Shown here: positions 18,586 to 26,120 of the stretch, one piece after another
How positions within the stretch are numbered: the stretch's first letter is position 1
Layout of the letters: each line of letters begins with the position of its first letter
Source of the DNA: an uncultured archaeon
GTDB taxonomy: Archaea; Iainarchaeota; Iainarchaeia; Iainarchaeales; DATDZZ01
Direction: 5' to 3'
Assembly: GCA_964373795.1 (NCBI GenBank)
Contig: CAYJVY010000008.1
Span: 1 to 32,000 of the forward strand
Length of the DNA: 32,000 bases
Notes under the pieces: model-generated
Told to the model about the DNA's origin: nothing
What the model saw: only the letters and a program-made list of their open reading frames with translations
Databases searched by the model: none
Translations under genes and position numbers: made by a program

Positions 18586-18771
18586 ATGAATATAGCTGAA
18601 AAAGTTTCAGATTTTGTTGAAGGCTCGAAAAGAGTATTGCTTGTCTCTAAAAAGCCTTCAAGAAAAGAATTCATGGCAATGCTTACTGTTACTGGAATTG
18701 GAATTCTTGTAATTGCAGCAATTGCTTATGTAATTCATTTGTTTTTTCAATTAACTGGGATAGGGTTTTAA
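18586..18771 (+). CDS. secE: Preprotein translocase subunit SecE / Sec61-gamma
   Basis: 61 aa with a single C-terminal TM helix, in the conserved ftsZ-secE-spt5-rpl11 position. Confidence 0.8.
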   Translation: MNIAEKVSDFVEGSKRVLLVSKKPSRKEFMAMLTVTGIGILVIAAIAYVIHLFFQLTGIGF

Positions 18772-18867
18772 ATTTATCTCTGGAGAAATGTATTAAACTA
18801 GTTTTAAACTAATTGAACTGTTTATTAATTAATTCATGGTTTAAGTGAATGGTTTTAAGTGAATGAA

Positions 18868-19311
18868 ATGATTTTTACTGTTAGAACAACTGTTGGACAA
18901 GAATCCTTAGTTGTAGATATTCTTGGAAACAGAATTAAAAAAGAGGAATTAAATGTTTACTCAATTGCAGTTATTCCTGGATTGAAAGGATATATTTTAA
19001 TTGAAGCAGATAATGAAGTAACAGTTAGAAGAGCTATTACTGGAACTCCTCATATTAAAGGAAGAGGAGTTGTTGGAACAGGAGAAGTAAAAATAGAGGA
19101 ATTAACTTCTTTGCTTGAATCAAAGCCTTTAATGAAAACCTTGAAAGAAGGATTAAAGGTTGAAATAATTCAAGGCCCATTTAAAGGAGAGAAAGCAAAA
19201 ATTATTCGCGTGAACGACTCAAAAGAAGAAGTGCAAGTAGAATTATTGGAAGCAGCAGTAAAAATTCCTGTAACCTTAAAAGCTGAACACATTGTAGTAA
19301 AAAATGAGTGA
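18868..19311 (+). CDS. spt5: Transcription elongation factor Spt5 (NusG)
   Basis: [15 protein letters not shown] start and the KOW motif [15 protein letters not shown]. The track start 18859 is GTG; the ATG is at 18868. Confidence 0.9.
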   Translation: MIFTVRTTVGQESLVVDILGNRIKKEELNVYSIAVIPGLKGYILIEADNEVTVRRAITGTPHIKGRGVVGTGEVKIEELTSLLESKPLMKTLKEGLKVEIIQGPFKGEKAKIIRVNDSKEEVQVELLEAAVKIPVTLKAEHIVVKNE

Positions 19312-19316
19312 AATTT

Positions 19317-19919
19317 ATGCCTGACATTGATTTATTAGTTGAAGGAGGAAAAGCAAATGCAGGCCCTCCTCTTGGACCAAGTCTTGCTCCTTTAGGAGTA
19401 AACATTGGACAAATAGTTAGCAAAATAAATGAAAAAACAAAAGAATTTAATGGAATGAAGGTTCCAGTTAAAGTAAAAGTTGACGTTAAAACAAAAGCCT
19501 TTGAAATAGAAGTTGGAAGCCCTCCGACAAGTGCTTTAATTAAAAAAGAATTAAAAATTGAAAAAGGATCTGGCACTCCAAAAACAGGAATAGTTGGAAA
19601 TCTTTCATTAGATCAAGTTAAAAAAATTGCTGAAGGAAAACTAGAAAACCTTTCCTCAACTGATTTACAAAAAGCAATGCATGAAGTAATTGGAACAGCT
19701 AATTCAATGGGAGTAACAATTGAAGGCAAACGAGGAAAAATTTGGATGGCTGAATCAAGAGGAGAAAAAATCGAAGAAGACTTTGAAGAAGTAGTTGAAA
19801 AGCCAAAACCAAAAGAAACAGCTGTGGAAAAAACAGAAGAAAAAGTAAAGGAAACAGGAAAAGAAAAACCTTCAAAAGAATCCTCAAAAGAAAAATCAGG
19901 AAAAGAAAAGAAAAAATAA
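19317..19919 (+). CDS. rpl11: 50S ribosomal protein L11 with a C-terminal Lys/Glu-rich extension of about 50 aa
   Basis: [20 protein letters not shown] and the [12 protein letters not shown]11 core. Residues from about nt 19758 onward are low-complexity EKPKPKE...[10 protein letters not shown]. Confidence 0.9.
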   Translation: MPDIDLLVEGGKANAGPPLGPSLAPLGVNIGQIVSKINEKTKEFNGMKVPVKVKVDVKTKAFEIEVGSPPTSALIKKELKIEKGSGTPKTGIVGNLSLDQVKKIAEGKLENLSSTDLQKAMHEVIGTANSMGVTIEGKRGKIWMAESRGEKIEEDFEEVVEKPKPKETAVEKTEEKVKETGKEKPSKESSKEKSGKEKKK

Positions 19920-19921
19920 AA

Positions 19922-20176
19922 CTAATTTTTAATTTTTGTTACATCAAAGAGCTCTAAAATAATTTTTTTCAATTCTTTTTCATTTACTTTAAGTTTTTTA
20001 GAAAAATAGTTCAAATGCTTTAACAGTTCTTGTTTAATGAATTCAGGTGAAAATAGTTTAAGTTCATTATTAATTAAAAGCATTTTTCTTGTTGTGGAAT
20101 CTTTTAATAAAGCTGCAATAATAATGTTTGCATCTATTACTATAATTTGTTTTTTCAAAAGATCACAGCCATTCAA
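19922..20176 (-). CDS. vapC: PIN-domain (VapC-like) protein, apparently C-terminally truncated (84 aa)
   Basis: IIVIDANIIIAAL (first catalytic Asp) and SPEFIKQEL (second acidic residue) are present. The distal acidic residues of a full PIN domain of about 130 aa are absent. ATGA overlap with the upstream antitoxin. Confidence 0.6.
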   Translation of the reverse strand: MNGCDLLKKQIIVIDANIIIAALLKDSTTRKMLLINNELKLFSPEFIKQELLKHLNYFSKKLKVNEKELKKIILELFDVTKIKN

Positions 20177-20415
20177 ACATTTAATCCATGTTTTTTAGCT
20201 ATTTCTTTATTTATTCTTCTACCTAGTTCTATGGCGTCTTCTTCTGTTAATTCGCTATTTTTTGTTAATTCATCAAATTTTTTTAATACTCTTAATCTTT
20301 TTACACGCTCTTCTAAAAAACGTCGCGTTTCTTCCGACCAATTAACCTCTCTAAACTGCTTTAATTCATTTTTCAATTTTGTTGGAACAGATAAAGTTAA
20401 GGTAACTTTATTCAT
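20173..20415 (-). CDS. vapB: VapB-type antitoxin (archaeal PIN-associated family)
   Basis: 80 aa with the SELTEEDAIELGRRINKEI C-terminal block common to archaeal PIN partners. Overlaps the PIN gene by 4 nt. Confidence 0.6.
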   Translation of the reverse strand: MNKVTLTLSVPTKLKNELKQFREVNWSEETRRFLEERVKRLRVLKKFDELTKNSELTEEDAIELGRRINKEIAKKHGLNV

Positions 20416-20439
20416 ATAAAACCTCCTTAAACGCTATAT

Positions 20440-20463
20440 ACACTACTATTAGTGTAAACACTA
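20440..20463 (-). promoter_or_regulatory. Candidate vapBC operator: ACACTA-n4-TAGTGT-n2-ACACTA (three half-sites) next to a TATA-like ATATATAAA
   Basis: Half-sites lie at 20440-20445, 20450-20455 and 20458-20463, 25-48 nt upstream of the vapB ATG. TTTATATAT is at 20464-20472. Confidence 0.45.
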
Positions 20464-20498
20464 TTTATATATTTTTCTAAAAACATTGCACAAAATAT

Positions 20499-20567
20499 TC
20501 AGACTTTTTAGGCACCAGGAAATGCCTTTTTTTAGAGGTAAAATAGTCAGACTTTTTAGGCACCAGG
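20499..20567. repeat. Perfect 21-bp direct repeat TCAGACTTTTTAGGCACCAGG x2, separated by 27 bp
   Basis: Copies at 20499-20519 and 20547-20567. The first is followed by AGGCA-n8-TGCCT plus T7 (hairpin and T-tract). It sits between the glmU-like stop and the vapB promoter. Confidence 0.85.
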
Positions 20568-20577
20568 TATTTGAAAT

Positions 20578-21780
20578 TTACTTATCCTCTTTCACTATTT
20601 CTCCAGGCAAAGTAGTTGTTCTCGGAGAAAGTTTTACTCCTGGATAAAAAGAGGAATTAATTCCTATTTTGCAGTTGTCTCCAAAAATTGCTCCAAGTTT
20701 TTTTCTTCCAGAATCAATTTTCTCTCCTTTCAAAATTGATTTAACGTTCGCATGATCGTGCCTTAAGTTTGCAGTAATTGTTCCAGCGCCTAAATTACAG
20801 TTTTCTCCAATCACTGAGTCTCCTACATAGCTTAAATGAGGAATCTTTGTTCCATTTTCAATAACAGAATTTTTTACTTCAACTGCTTGTCCGATCTTGC
20901 AACCATTCATTATTGATGTGTTTCCTCTAATAAAACAATTTGGGCCAATTTCACAGTTCTCTCCAATGAAAACATTGCCTTCAATATAAGTTCCGCTTTT
21001 CAGTGTACTGCCTTTTCCTAAACTAATTTTTCCTTTAATATGCACTCCTTCCTCAATAATTCCTTCAATTTTGTTTTCCTTTAAACTTCCAACAAAAAAC
21101 TCGTTTGCCTTAAGTAAATCCCATGGATATGCAATTGGGAACCAGTAATCTAAAACTTTTTCCACGAAAACCTTTTCTTTTTCTGTAACTAAAAATTTTA
21201 AGTAATCAACTAATTCAAATTCTTTTCTTTCCGAAAGCTGTAATTTGTGTTTGAAAATTTTTTTGTTTAAAACATACAAGCCAGTGCCAACTAACTTGCT
21301 TTTCGGGTTTAAAGGTTTTTCCACGAAACCTTTCAACAAATTTTTCTCAGCTTCGATTACGCCGAATTTTTCTGCGTCCTGCCTTTCTGCAGCAAGAACA
21401 CAAAACTCTTTTTTCACGCAGTTTTTCAAATCTTTTGCTGAATAAAAGTCATCTCCATTCATTACAATAAATTTGTCCTTCAATTTTTTTTCGCAGAGAT
21501 GTAAAGCTTGTCCAGTGCCTTGAGGATTATTTTGTTCAATAAAAGAAATTTTTAATTTCAGCTTCTCTGCAACTTTTTTTGTATGTTCAATTAATTGTGC
21601 TTTCTCGAATCCAACTACAAGAATTATTTCTTCCAGTTCTTTTCCAGTTGCTTGCTTGATTTGCTCCAAATTGTGTTCAAGAATTGTTTTTCCTGCAACT
21701 TTCAGTAAAGGTTTTGGCTTGTTTACAGTTAAAGGCCAGGTTCTAGTGCTTTTTCCTGCGCATAATAAAACAAATTGCAT
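20578..21780 (-). CDS. glmU: Bifunctional sugar-1-phosphate nucleotidylyltransferase / acetyltransferase (archaeal GlmU-like; N-terminal NTP-transferase plus left-handed beta-helix)
   Basis: LLCAGKSTR (GxGxR-type) N-terminal motif and C-terminal hexapeptide repeats (IGENCEIGPN, IGENCNLGAG, FGDNCKIGIN). Confidence 0.8.
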   Translation of the reverse strand: MQFVLLCAGKSTRTWPLTVNKPKPLLKVAGKTILEHNLEQIKQATGKELEEIILVVGFEKAQLIEHTKKVAEKLKLKISFIEQNNPQGTGQALHLCEKKLKDKFIVMNGDDFYSAKDLKNCVKKEFCVLAAERQDAEKFGVIEAEKNLLKGFVEKPLNPKSKLVGTGLYVLNKKIFKHKLQLSERKEFELVDYLKFLVTEKEKVFVEKVLDYWFPIAYPWDLLKANEFFVGSLKENKIEGIIEEGVHIKGKISLGKGSTLKSGTYIEGNVFIGENCEIGPNCFIRGNTSIMNGCKIGQAVEVKNSVIENGTKIPHLSYVGDSVIGENCNLGAGTITANLRHDHANVKSILKGEKIDSGRKKLGAIFGDNCKIGINSSFYPGVKLSPRTTTLPGEIVKEDK

Positions 21781-21783
21781 TTT

Positions 21784-22548
21784 TCATTCCCCAATTTTTT
21801 TTAAATATTTAATTATTTGTTCGTGAATTAATCCATTGCTTGCAATTAAGTCTCTTGAAGTTGTTTGCCATTCTTTTCCTTGCCAGTTAGTTACTTTTCC
21901 TCCGGCTTCTCTTACAAGTATGGTTCCAGCAGCAATATCGTATAACTCGTAGTCTCCTCCGAATCTTGCATCCATTCTTCCAATAGCAACATTAGCTAAA
22001 TCTAATGCCGAACTTCTAGTTATTTTAATTCGCCTAGATATTTGAATTATTTCAATGTTTTTTTCTAGGTCTCTTCGCCTTGATGACAAACCTATAGTGG
22101 ATTCATCTAATATTTTGTATTTTGAAACATGGATTGGTTTTTCATTGAGATATGCTCCTTTTCCTTTTTCTGCATAGAAAAGTTCTTTTCTGCAAGGATC
22201 TAAAGTCACTCCCACAATGACTTCTGAATTTTTAATTAAAGCAATTGTAATGCAAAAATATGCAAACCCTCTTTCAAAGTTTCCAGTGCCATCTAGTGGG
22301 TCAATAGTCCATAAGTAATCTGAATTTTTTGTCTGTTTTCCAAATTCTTCTCCGTAAAAAGAGTGCTCTGGAAATTCAGCTGAAATTATTTCAATTATTT
22401 TTTTCTCTGCTTCTTTGTCTGCTTGTGTTACTGTAGAGCCATCTGCTTTTTTTTCTGAAACAAATTCTTTATCAAAATACCTCATTGCAATTTTTCCAGC
22501 CGCTTTTACAGCCTTTATTGCAATTTTCAATTCTTTTGATTTATTCAT
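21784..22548 (-). CDS. suhB: Inositol monophosphatase family protein (archaeal IMPase/FBPase-type)
   Basis: FYGEE, WTIDPLDGTGNF and the C-terminal YDIAAG motifs. Confidence 0.85.
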   Translation of the reverse strand: MNKSKELKIAIKAVKAAGKIAMRYFDKEFVSEKKADGSTVTQADKEAEKKIIEIISAEFPEHSFYGEEFGKQTKNSDYLWTIDPLDGTGNFERGFAYFCITIALIKNSEVIVGVTLDPCRKELFYAEKGKGAYLNEKPIHVSKYKILDESTIGLSSRRRDLEKNIEIIQISRRIKITRSSALDLANVAIGRMDARFGGDYELYDIAAGTILVREAGGKVTNWQGKEWQTTSRDLIASNGLIHEQIIKYLKKIGE

Positions 22549-23168
22549 TTTAAGCCTCTTCTTCTTTGATTTATCCTTGATTGAGATTTATTTCTTTTTC
22601 TAATTCTTCTTTCTTTTTTTTGTTTTAATGCAATTCCATATGATGTTCCTTTTGTCAGAGTAAGACCTTCATCAATATTTATTCTTCTTCTATCAATTTT
22701 TAGTTTAAACCGTAAATGGTTTTCCACATCGTATACACAGTCTTCTTTGTATTCCCCAAATAAATTAAATCTTGTTTCACTTGAAGCATTTAATCCTTTT
22801 CTTTTCAATTCTTCTACTATTGAATTTACTTGCCCAACCACTCCAATTTGATTCATTGGAATAACAACTATTCTTTCTTGTAATTCTTTTTCAGCAAATC
22901 CAACTAGTTTTAATAATTCTGGTAATTTACTTAATCCATCTATGGAAGTTGGAAGCAAGATAACTAGAACGCTTTTTTCTCTTCCTTTTACTTTTTGAAT
23001 TTGTTTGCCCCAATGCATTTTAAGTGCTTGAACGCCTTGAAAAAATCTTTTTCTATGTGCTTTGTTAGTGAACAAATCTTTTTCCAAGTTTGGACGCAGT
23101 GTGCTTTGCAGTCGAACGTAATACTCATACAATGGGTGAATTAATACATTTATTTCTTCTACATCCAT
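22545..23168 (-). CDS. Uncharacterised paralog P1 (globular alpha/beta-like domain plus polybasic tail)
   Basis: Shares MxxxxxNVLIHPLY, WGKQI, SVLVIL, FAEKEL, RIVVIP, TRFNLFGEYKEDCV, HLR and RRRINI blocks with the next ORFs. Tail is KQKKERRIRKRNKSQSRINQRRRGLK. ATGA overlap with suhB. Confidence 0.8.
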   Translation of the reverse strand: MDVEEINVLIHPLYEYYVRLQSTLRPNLEKDLFTNKAHRKRFFQGVQALKMHWGKQIQKVKGREKSVLVILLPTSIDGLSKLPELLKLVGFAEKELQERIVVIPMNQIGVVGQVNSIVEELKRKGLNASSETRFNLFGEYKEDCVYDVENHLRFKLKIDRRRINIDEGLTLTKGTSYGIALKQKKERRIRKRNKSQSRINQRRRGLK

Positions 23169-23174
23169 TTTTTT

Positions 23175-23771
23175 TCACACTCTTCTAGGAGTATTTCTTT
23201 TTCCAGGCCTTATTTTTGGAGAATCTCTTTTTTTTCTATTAGTGTGTGAAGGTCTTTTGTATCCAGTATATCCTTTTCCACGTCTTTTAGAACTTTCTGG
23301 AAAGCTTAGCTGTTTTTCTATTTCTATTTCTTCCTTTTCCAGTGTTCTTAATGCGCCGCAAACAAGTGGAACACAGTATTCTTTGTGTTCTCCGAATACC
23401 TTAAACCTTGTTTCGTTTGAGACTTCAAATTTTTTTGATAATTCATGAAATGCTTTAAACATTTGTTGTTCAGCTGTGAGTCCTGGAAAACCAAAAACTA
23501 TAACTAATTTGTCTCCTAATTCTTTTCTTGCAAAATCAATTAATTTTTTTAATTCTCTTTCTGCATTATTAGTTGGTTGGGAATCTGAAAGCAATGGATG
23601 TAAGATTATGAATGCAGAATTAGGAGTTCTTGTAACTTCGCGCATTCTTTGCATCCAACGTCCTGTAAGAATTTTTACTCCTTGAAGCTGTCTTCCAAAT
23701 TCTTGTGGGTCTTGCACTCCAAGTAATTCATCCAATGGATGAACTAATACATTTACTTCTCTGAGTTGCAT
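23175..23771 (-). CDS. Uncharacterised paralog P2
   Basis: MQLREVNVLVHPLDEL, NSAFIILHP, FARKEL, LVIVFG and TRFKVFGEHKEYCV. Tail is SKRRGKGYTGYKRPSHTNRKKRDSPKIRPGKRNTPRRV. I chose the start at ATG 23771 so that Met-x5-NVL matches the paralogs; an alternative ATG is at 23780. Confidence 0.8.
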   Translation of the reverse strand: MQLREVNVLVHPLDELLGVQDPQEFGRQLQGVKILTGRWMQRMREVTRTPNSAFIILHPLLSDSQPTNNAERELKKLIDFARKELGDKLVIVFGFPGLTAEQQMFKAFHELSKKFEVSNETRFKVFGEHKEYCVPLVCGALRTLEKEEIEIEKQLSFPESSKRRGKGYTGYKRPSHTNRKKRDSPKIRPGKRNTPRRV

Positions 23772-23789
23772 AAAAATCATTAATTAATT

Positions 23790-24404
23790 TCAAATTCTTG
23801 TTCTTGGTTTGTTTTTTCTTCCTGAACGAAGCTTTGTTTTGCCGACAATTTTTCTTCTTGTTCTTGGTTTGTAATATTCTTCATAGTTTGCTCTTTCAGA
23901 TGCATGACTTAGAGGACTCTTTATTTCGATTCTTTTACGATCTATATGTAGATTATATTTTGGTGCAAAGAGACGCAAATGTTCTGACACTGATGTAACA
24001 CATCTATGTTCATGTTCACCAAAAAGAACAAAACGTGTATTTGGTCCAATATTCACTCTATACTCTTGCATCATTGTGAGCATTAGTTGTGTCTGCTCCC
24101 ATATTGATTCCCTAGGCGGCACAACTATTAGTCTACTTACTAATTCCCTTTTTGCAAACGCGATTAGTTTTTCAACATCTTTTGGATCATCTTTTTTTAT
24201 GCGTGGGGTAAAAATTACAAGAACACTATTTGGATTGCCTTTTATTTGTAAAATTTTTTTTCCCCAATAGAATTTCAAAAACTTTGCTCCATGCAAACCT
24301 TTTGTTACGCGATCCACTTTCTTTCTTCTAGCTTTGGGTATACGGTGTAATTCTAAATAGTCATACAATGGATGAACTAAAACATTCAATTCTTCAACTT
24401 CCAT
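23790..24404 (-). CDS. Uncharacterised paralog P3
   Basis: MEVEELNVLVHPLYDY, WGKKILQIKG, NSVLVIF, FAKREL, LIVVPP, TRFVLFGEHEHRCV, HLR and RKRIEI. Tail is YKPRTRRKIVGKTKLRSGRKNKPRTRI. The track start 24410 is TTG; the ATG is at 24404. Confidence 0.8.
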   Translation of the reverse strand: MEVEELNVLVHPLYDYLELHRIPKARRKKVDRVTKGLHGAKFLKFYWGKKILQIKGNPNSVLVIFTPRIKKDDPKDVEKLIAFAKRELVSRLIVVPPRESIWEQTQLMLTMMQEYRVNIGPNTRFVLFGEHEHRCVTSVSEHLRLFAPKYNLHIDRKRIEIKSPLSHASERANYEEYYKPRTRRKIVGKTKLRSGRKNKPRTRI

Positions 24405-24753
24405 TTTCAAAACCTTCTCGGAGTGTTTCTTCTTCCTGATCTAGTTTTAGGTTTTCCAAACTCTTTTCTTCTTTCAACTGGTTTTTTTTGTATCTAGTGT
24501 AGCCTGTTTTCCTTTTTGTATCGTAAAGGGAAAGACCGAGTCTTTTGTCAATTTCGACTCTTTTCATTCCTAGTTCCATATCTGGGTTTGTTGCAACTTC
24601 TTTAATTCTCCGCCCCCAAAGACTTCTAAGAATTTTTGAGGTATTGAATTCTCTGTCAGAACTTTCATGAACCTCCTCAAATAATGCATAGAATGGATGT
24701 CTTAGTAAGTCATACAGCAGATGAACTAAAACATTGACTTGTGTTAACTCCAT
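24394..24753 (-). CDS. Uncharacterised paralog P4, an internally deleted version (head and tail retained, core missing)
   Basis: MELTQVNVLVHLLYDL, WGRRIKEV..NP and then directly MKRVEIDKRL and GYTRYKK (matching RKRIEIK of P3 and GYTGYKRP of P2). There is no FGE..CV block. Overlaps the P3 start by 11 nt. Confidence 0.6.
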   Translation of the reverse strand: MELTQVNVLVHLLYDLLRHPFYALFEEVHESSDREFNTSKILRSLWGRRIKEVATNPDMELGMKRVEIDKRLGLSLYDTKRKTGYTRYKKNQLKEEKSLENLKLDQEEETLREGFENGS

Positions 24754-24759
24754 AAATAA

Positions 24760-26115
24760 TCAAATACCAATTTCTTTCTTAATTTCTTCTGCGATTTTGT
24801 TTGCATATTCTTCTATTTGTTTTTGGTTTTCTCCTTCAATCATTATTCTTGCAAGATTTTCTGTTCCACTGTAACGAATAAGTGTTCTTCCATTGCCTGA
24901 AAGCTTTTCCTCGACTTCTTGAATTGCTTTTTTCACTGAAGGCATTTCATTGAATTCAATTTTTTCTTTCACGCACACGTTCACTAGAACTTGTGGAAAT
25001 GATTTCATTATTGTTGCAAGCTTTGATAGTTTTTCTTTTTTTTCTTTCATTATTTTCAATAACTGTAAAGCAGTAATTATTCCATCTCCTGTAGTTGAAT
25101 ACTTGGAAAAAATTATGTGCCCTGATTGTTCTCCTCCTAAAACTATTTTTCTTTTACGCATTTCATCTATTACGTATTTGTCTCCAACAGCTGTTTTGAA
25201 TATTTTTACTCCGAGTTTTTGCATTGCTTTATCAAATCCTAAATTAGTCATTACTGTTACTACAACTGAGTTTTCATCTAACCTGTTTTTTTCCATTAAA
25301 TTATTTACACAAATAGCCATTATGTGGTCTCCGTCCACAAAGTTTCCTTTTTCATCTGAAACAATTACTCTATCTGCATCTCCGTCTAAAGCAATTCCTA
25401 AATCTGCTTTTTCTTCTAAAACTTTTTTCTGCATTTCTTGTGGATGCGTTGCTCCGCAATTCAAGTTAATGTTTTGTCCATCTGGTTTGCTGTTCATTAC
25501 AATTACTTTTGCTCCTAGTTCTGAAAAAATTTTTGGAGCTACATCGTATGCTGCTCCGTTAGCGCAATCTAAGACTATTTTCATTCCTTCTAATGACTCT
25601 GATTTAATTGAGGATTTTGCAAACTCTATATACCTGCCTTTTGCATCGTCTATTCTATATGCTTTTCCAATTTTTGTTGCAGGAGCATAAACTGATTTCA
25701 TTTTTTCTTCTAAAACTAGTTTTTCTATTTGTTCTTCAACTTTTTCATCTAATTTAAATCCATCCTCATTGAAGATTTTTATTCCATTGTCTTGAGAAGG
25801 ATTATGTGAAGCAGAGATAACAATTCCTGCTTCTGCATTCAATGACTTAGTTAAATGAGCTATTGCAGGAGTAGGCATTGGTCCTACAAGTAAAACGTTT
25901 GCTCCCATTGAAACAATTCCACTCGTAAGCGCGGATTCAATCATATAACCACTTAAACGAGTGTCTTTTCCTATAACAATTTTTGGAGTTCCATTTCCTG
26001 AATGTTCTTTAAAATAATTTGCTGCTGCTTTTCCAATCAAAAGTGCAAGCTCTGGAACCATTGGATAAACATTTGCAGTAGCCCTAATTCCATCTGTTCC
26101 AAACAATTTGCCCAT
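24760..26115 (-). CDS. glmM: Phosphoglucosamine mutase
   Basis: LFGTDGIRA, the phosphoserine loop SASHNP, metal loop LDGDADR, and GEQSGH. ATG at 26115 is preceded by GGTGA; the track start 26127 is TTG. Confidence 0.9.
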   Translation of the reverse strand: MGKLFGTDGIRATANVYPMVPELALLIGKAAANYFKEHSGNGTPKIVIGKDTRLSGYMIESALTSGIVSMGANVLLVGPMPTPAIAHLTKSLNAEAGIVISASHNPSQDNGIKIFNEDGFKLDEKVEEQIEKLVLEEKMKSVYAPATKIGKAYRIDDAKGRYIEFAKSSIKSESLEGMKIVLDCANGAAYDVAPKIFSELGAKVIVMNSKPDGQNINLNCGATHPQEMQKKVLEEKADLGIALDGDADRVIVSDEKGNFVDGDHIMAICVNNLMEKNRLDENSVVVTVMTNLGFDKAMQKLGVKIFKTAVGDKYVIDEMRKRKIVLGGEQSGHIIFSKYSTTGDGIITALQLLKIMKEKKEKLSKLATIMKSFPQVLVNVCVKEKIEFNEMPSVKKAIQEVEEKLSGNGRTLIRYSGTENLARIMIEGENQKQIEEYANKIAEEIKKEIGI

Positions 26116-26120
26116 TTTTT

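Noticed and set aside
18838-18864. Tandem duplication GGTTT(T)AAGTGAAT x2 just upstream of spt5
   Set aside because: It is short, imperfect and lies in an AT-rich spacer. It most simply explains the spurious upstream GTG start in the ORF track, and there is no evidence for a distinct function.
24950-25690. A 246-aa plus-strand ORF antisense to glmM. Similar long shadow ORFs occur at 4149-4559, 8497-8901, 9297-9668, 11918-12322, 17629-17919, 19202-19576 and 26224-26544.
   Set aside because: Each lies fully inside a well-supported conserved gene on the other strand. Each has Ser/Phe/Ile/Leu-rich low-complexity composition typical of antisense frames in AT-rich DNA, and none has an SD or recognisable motif.
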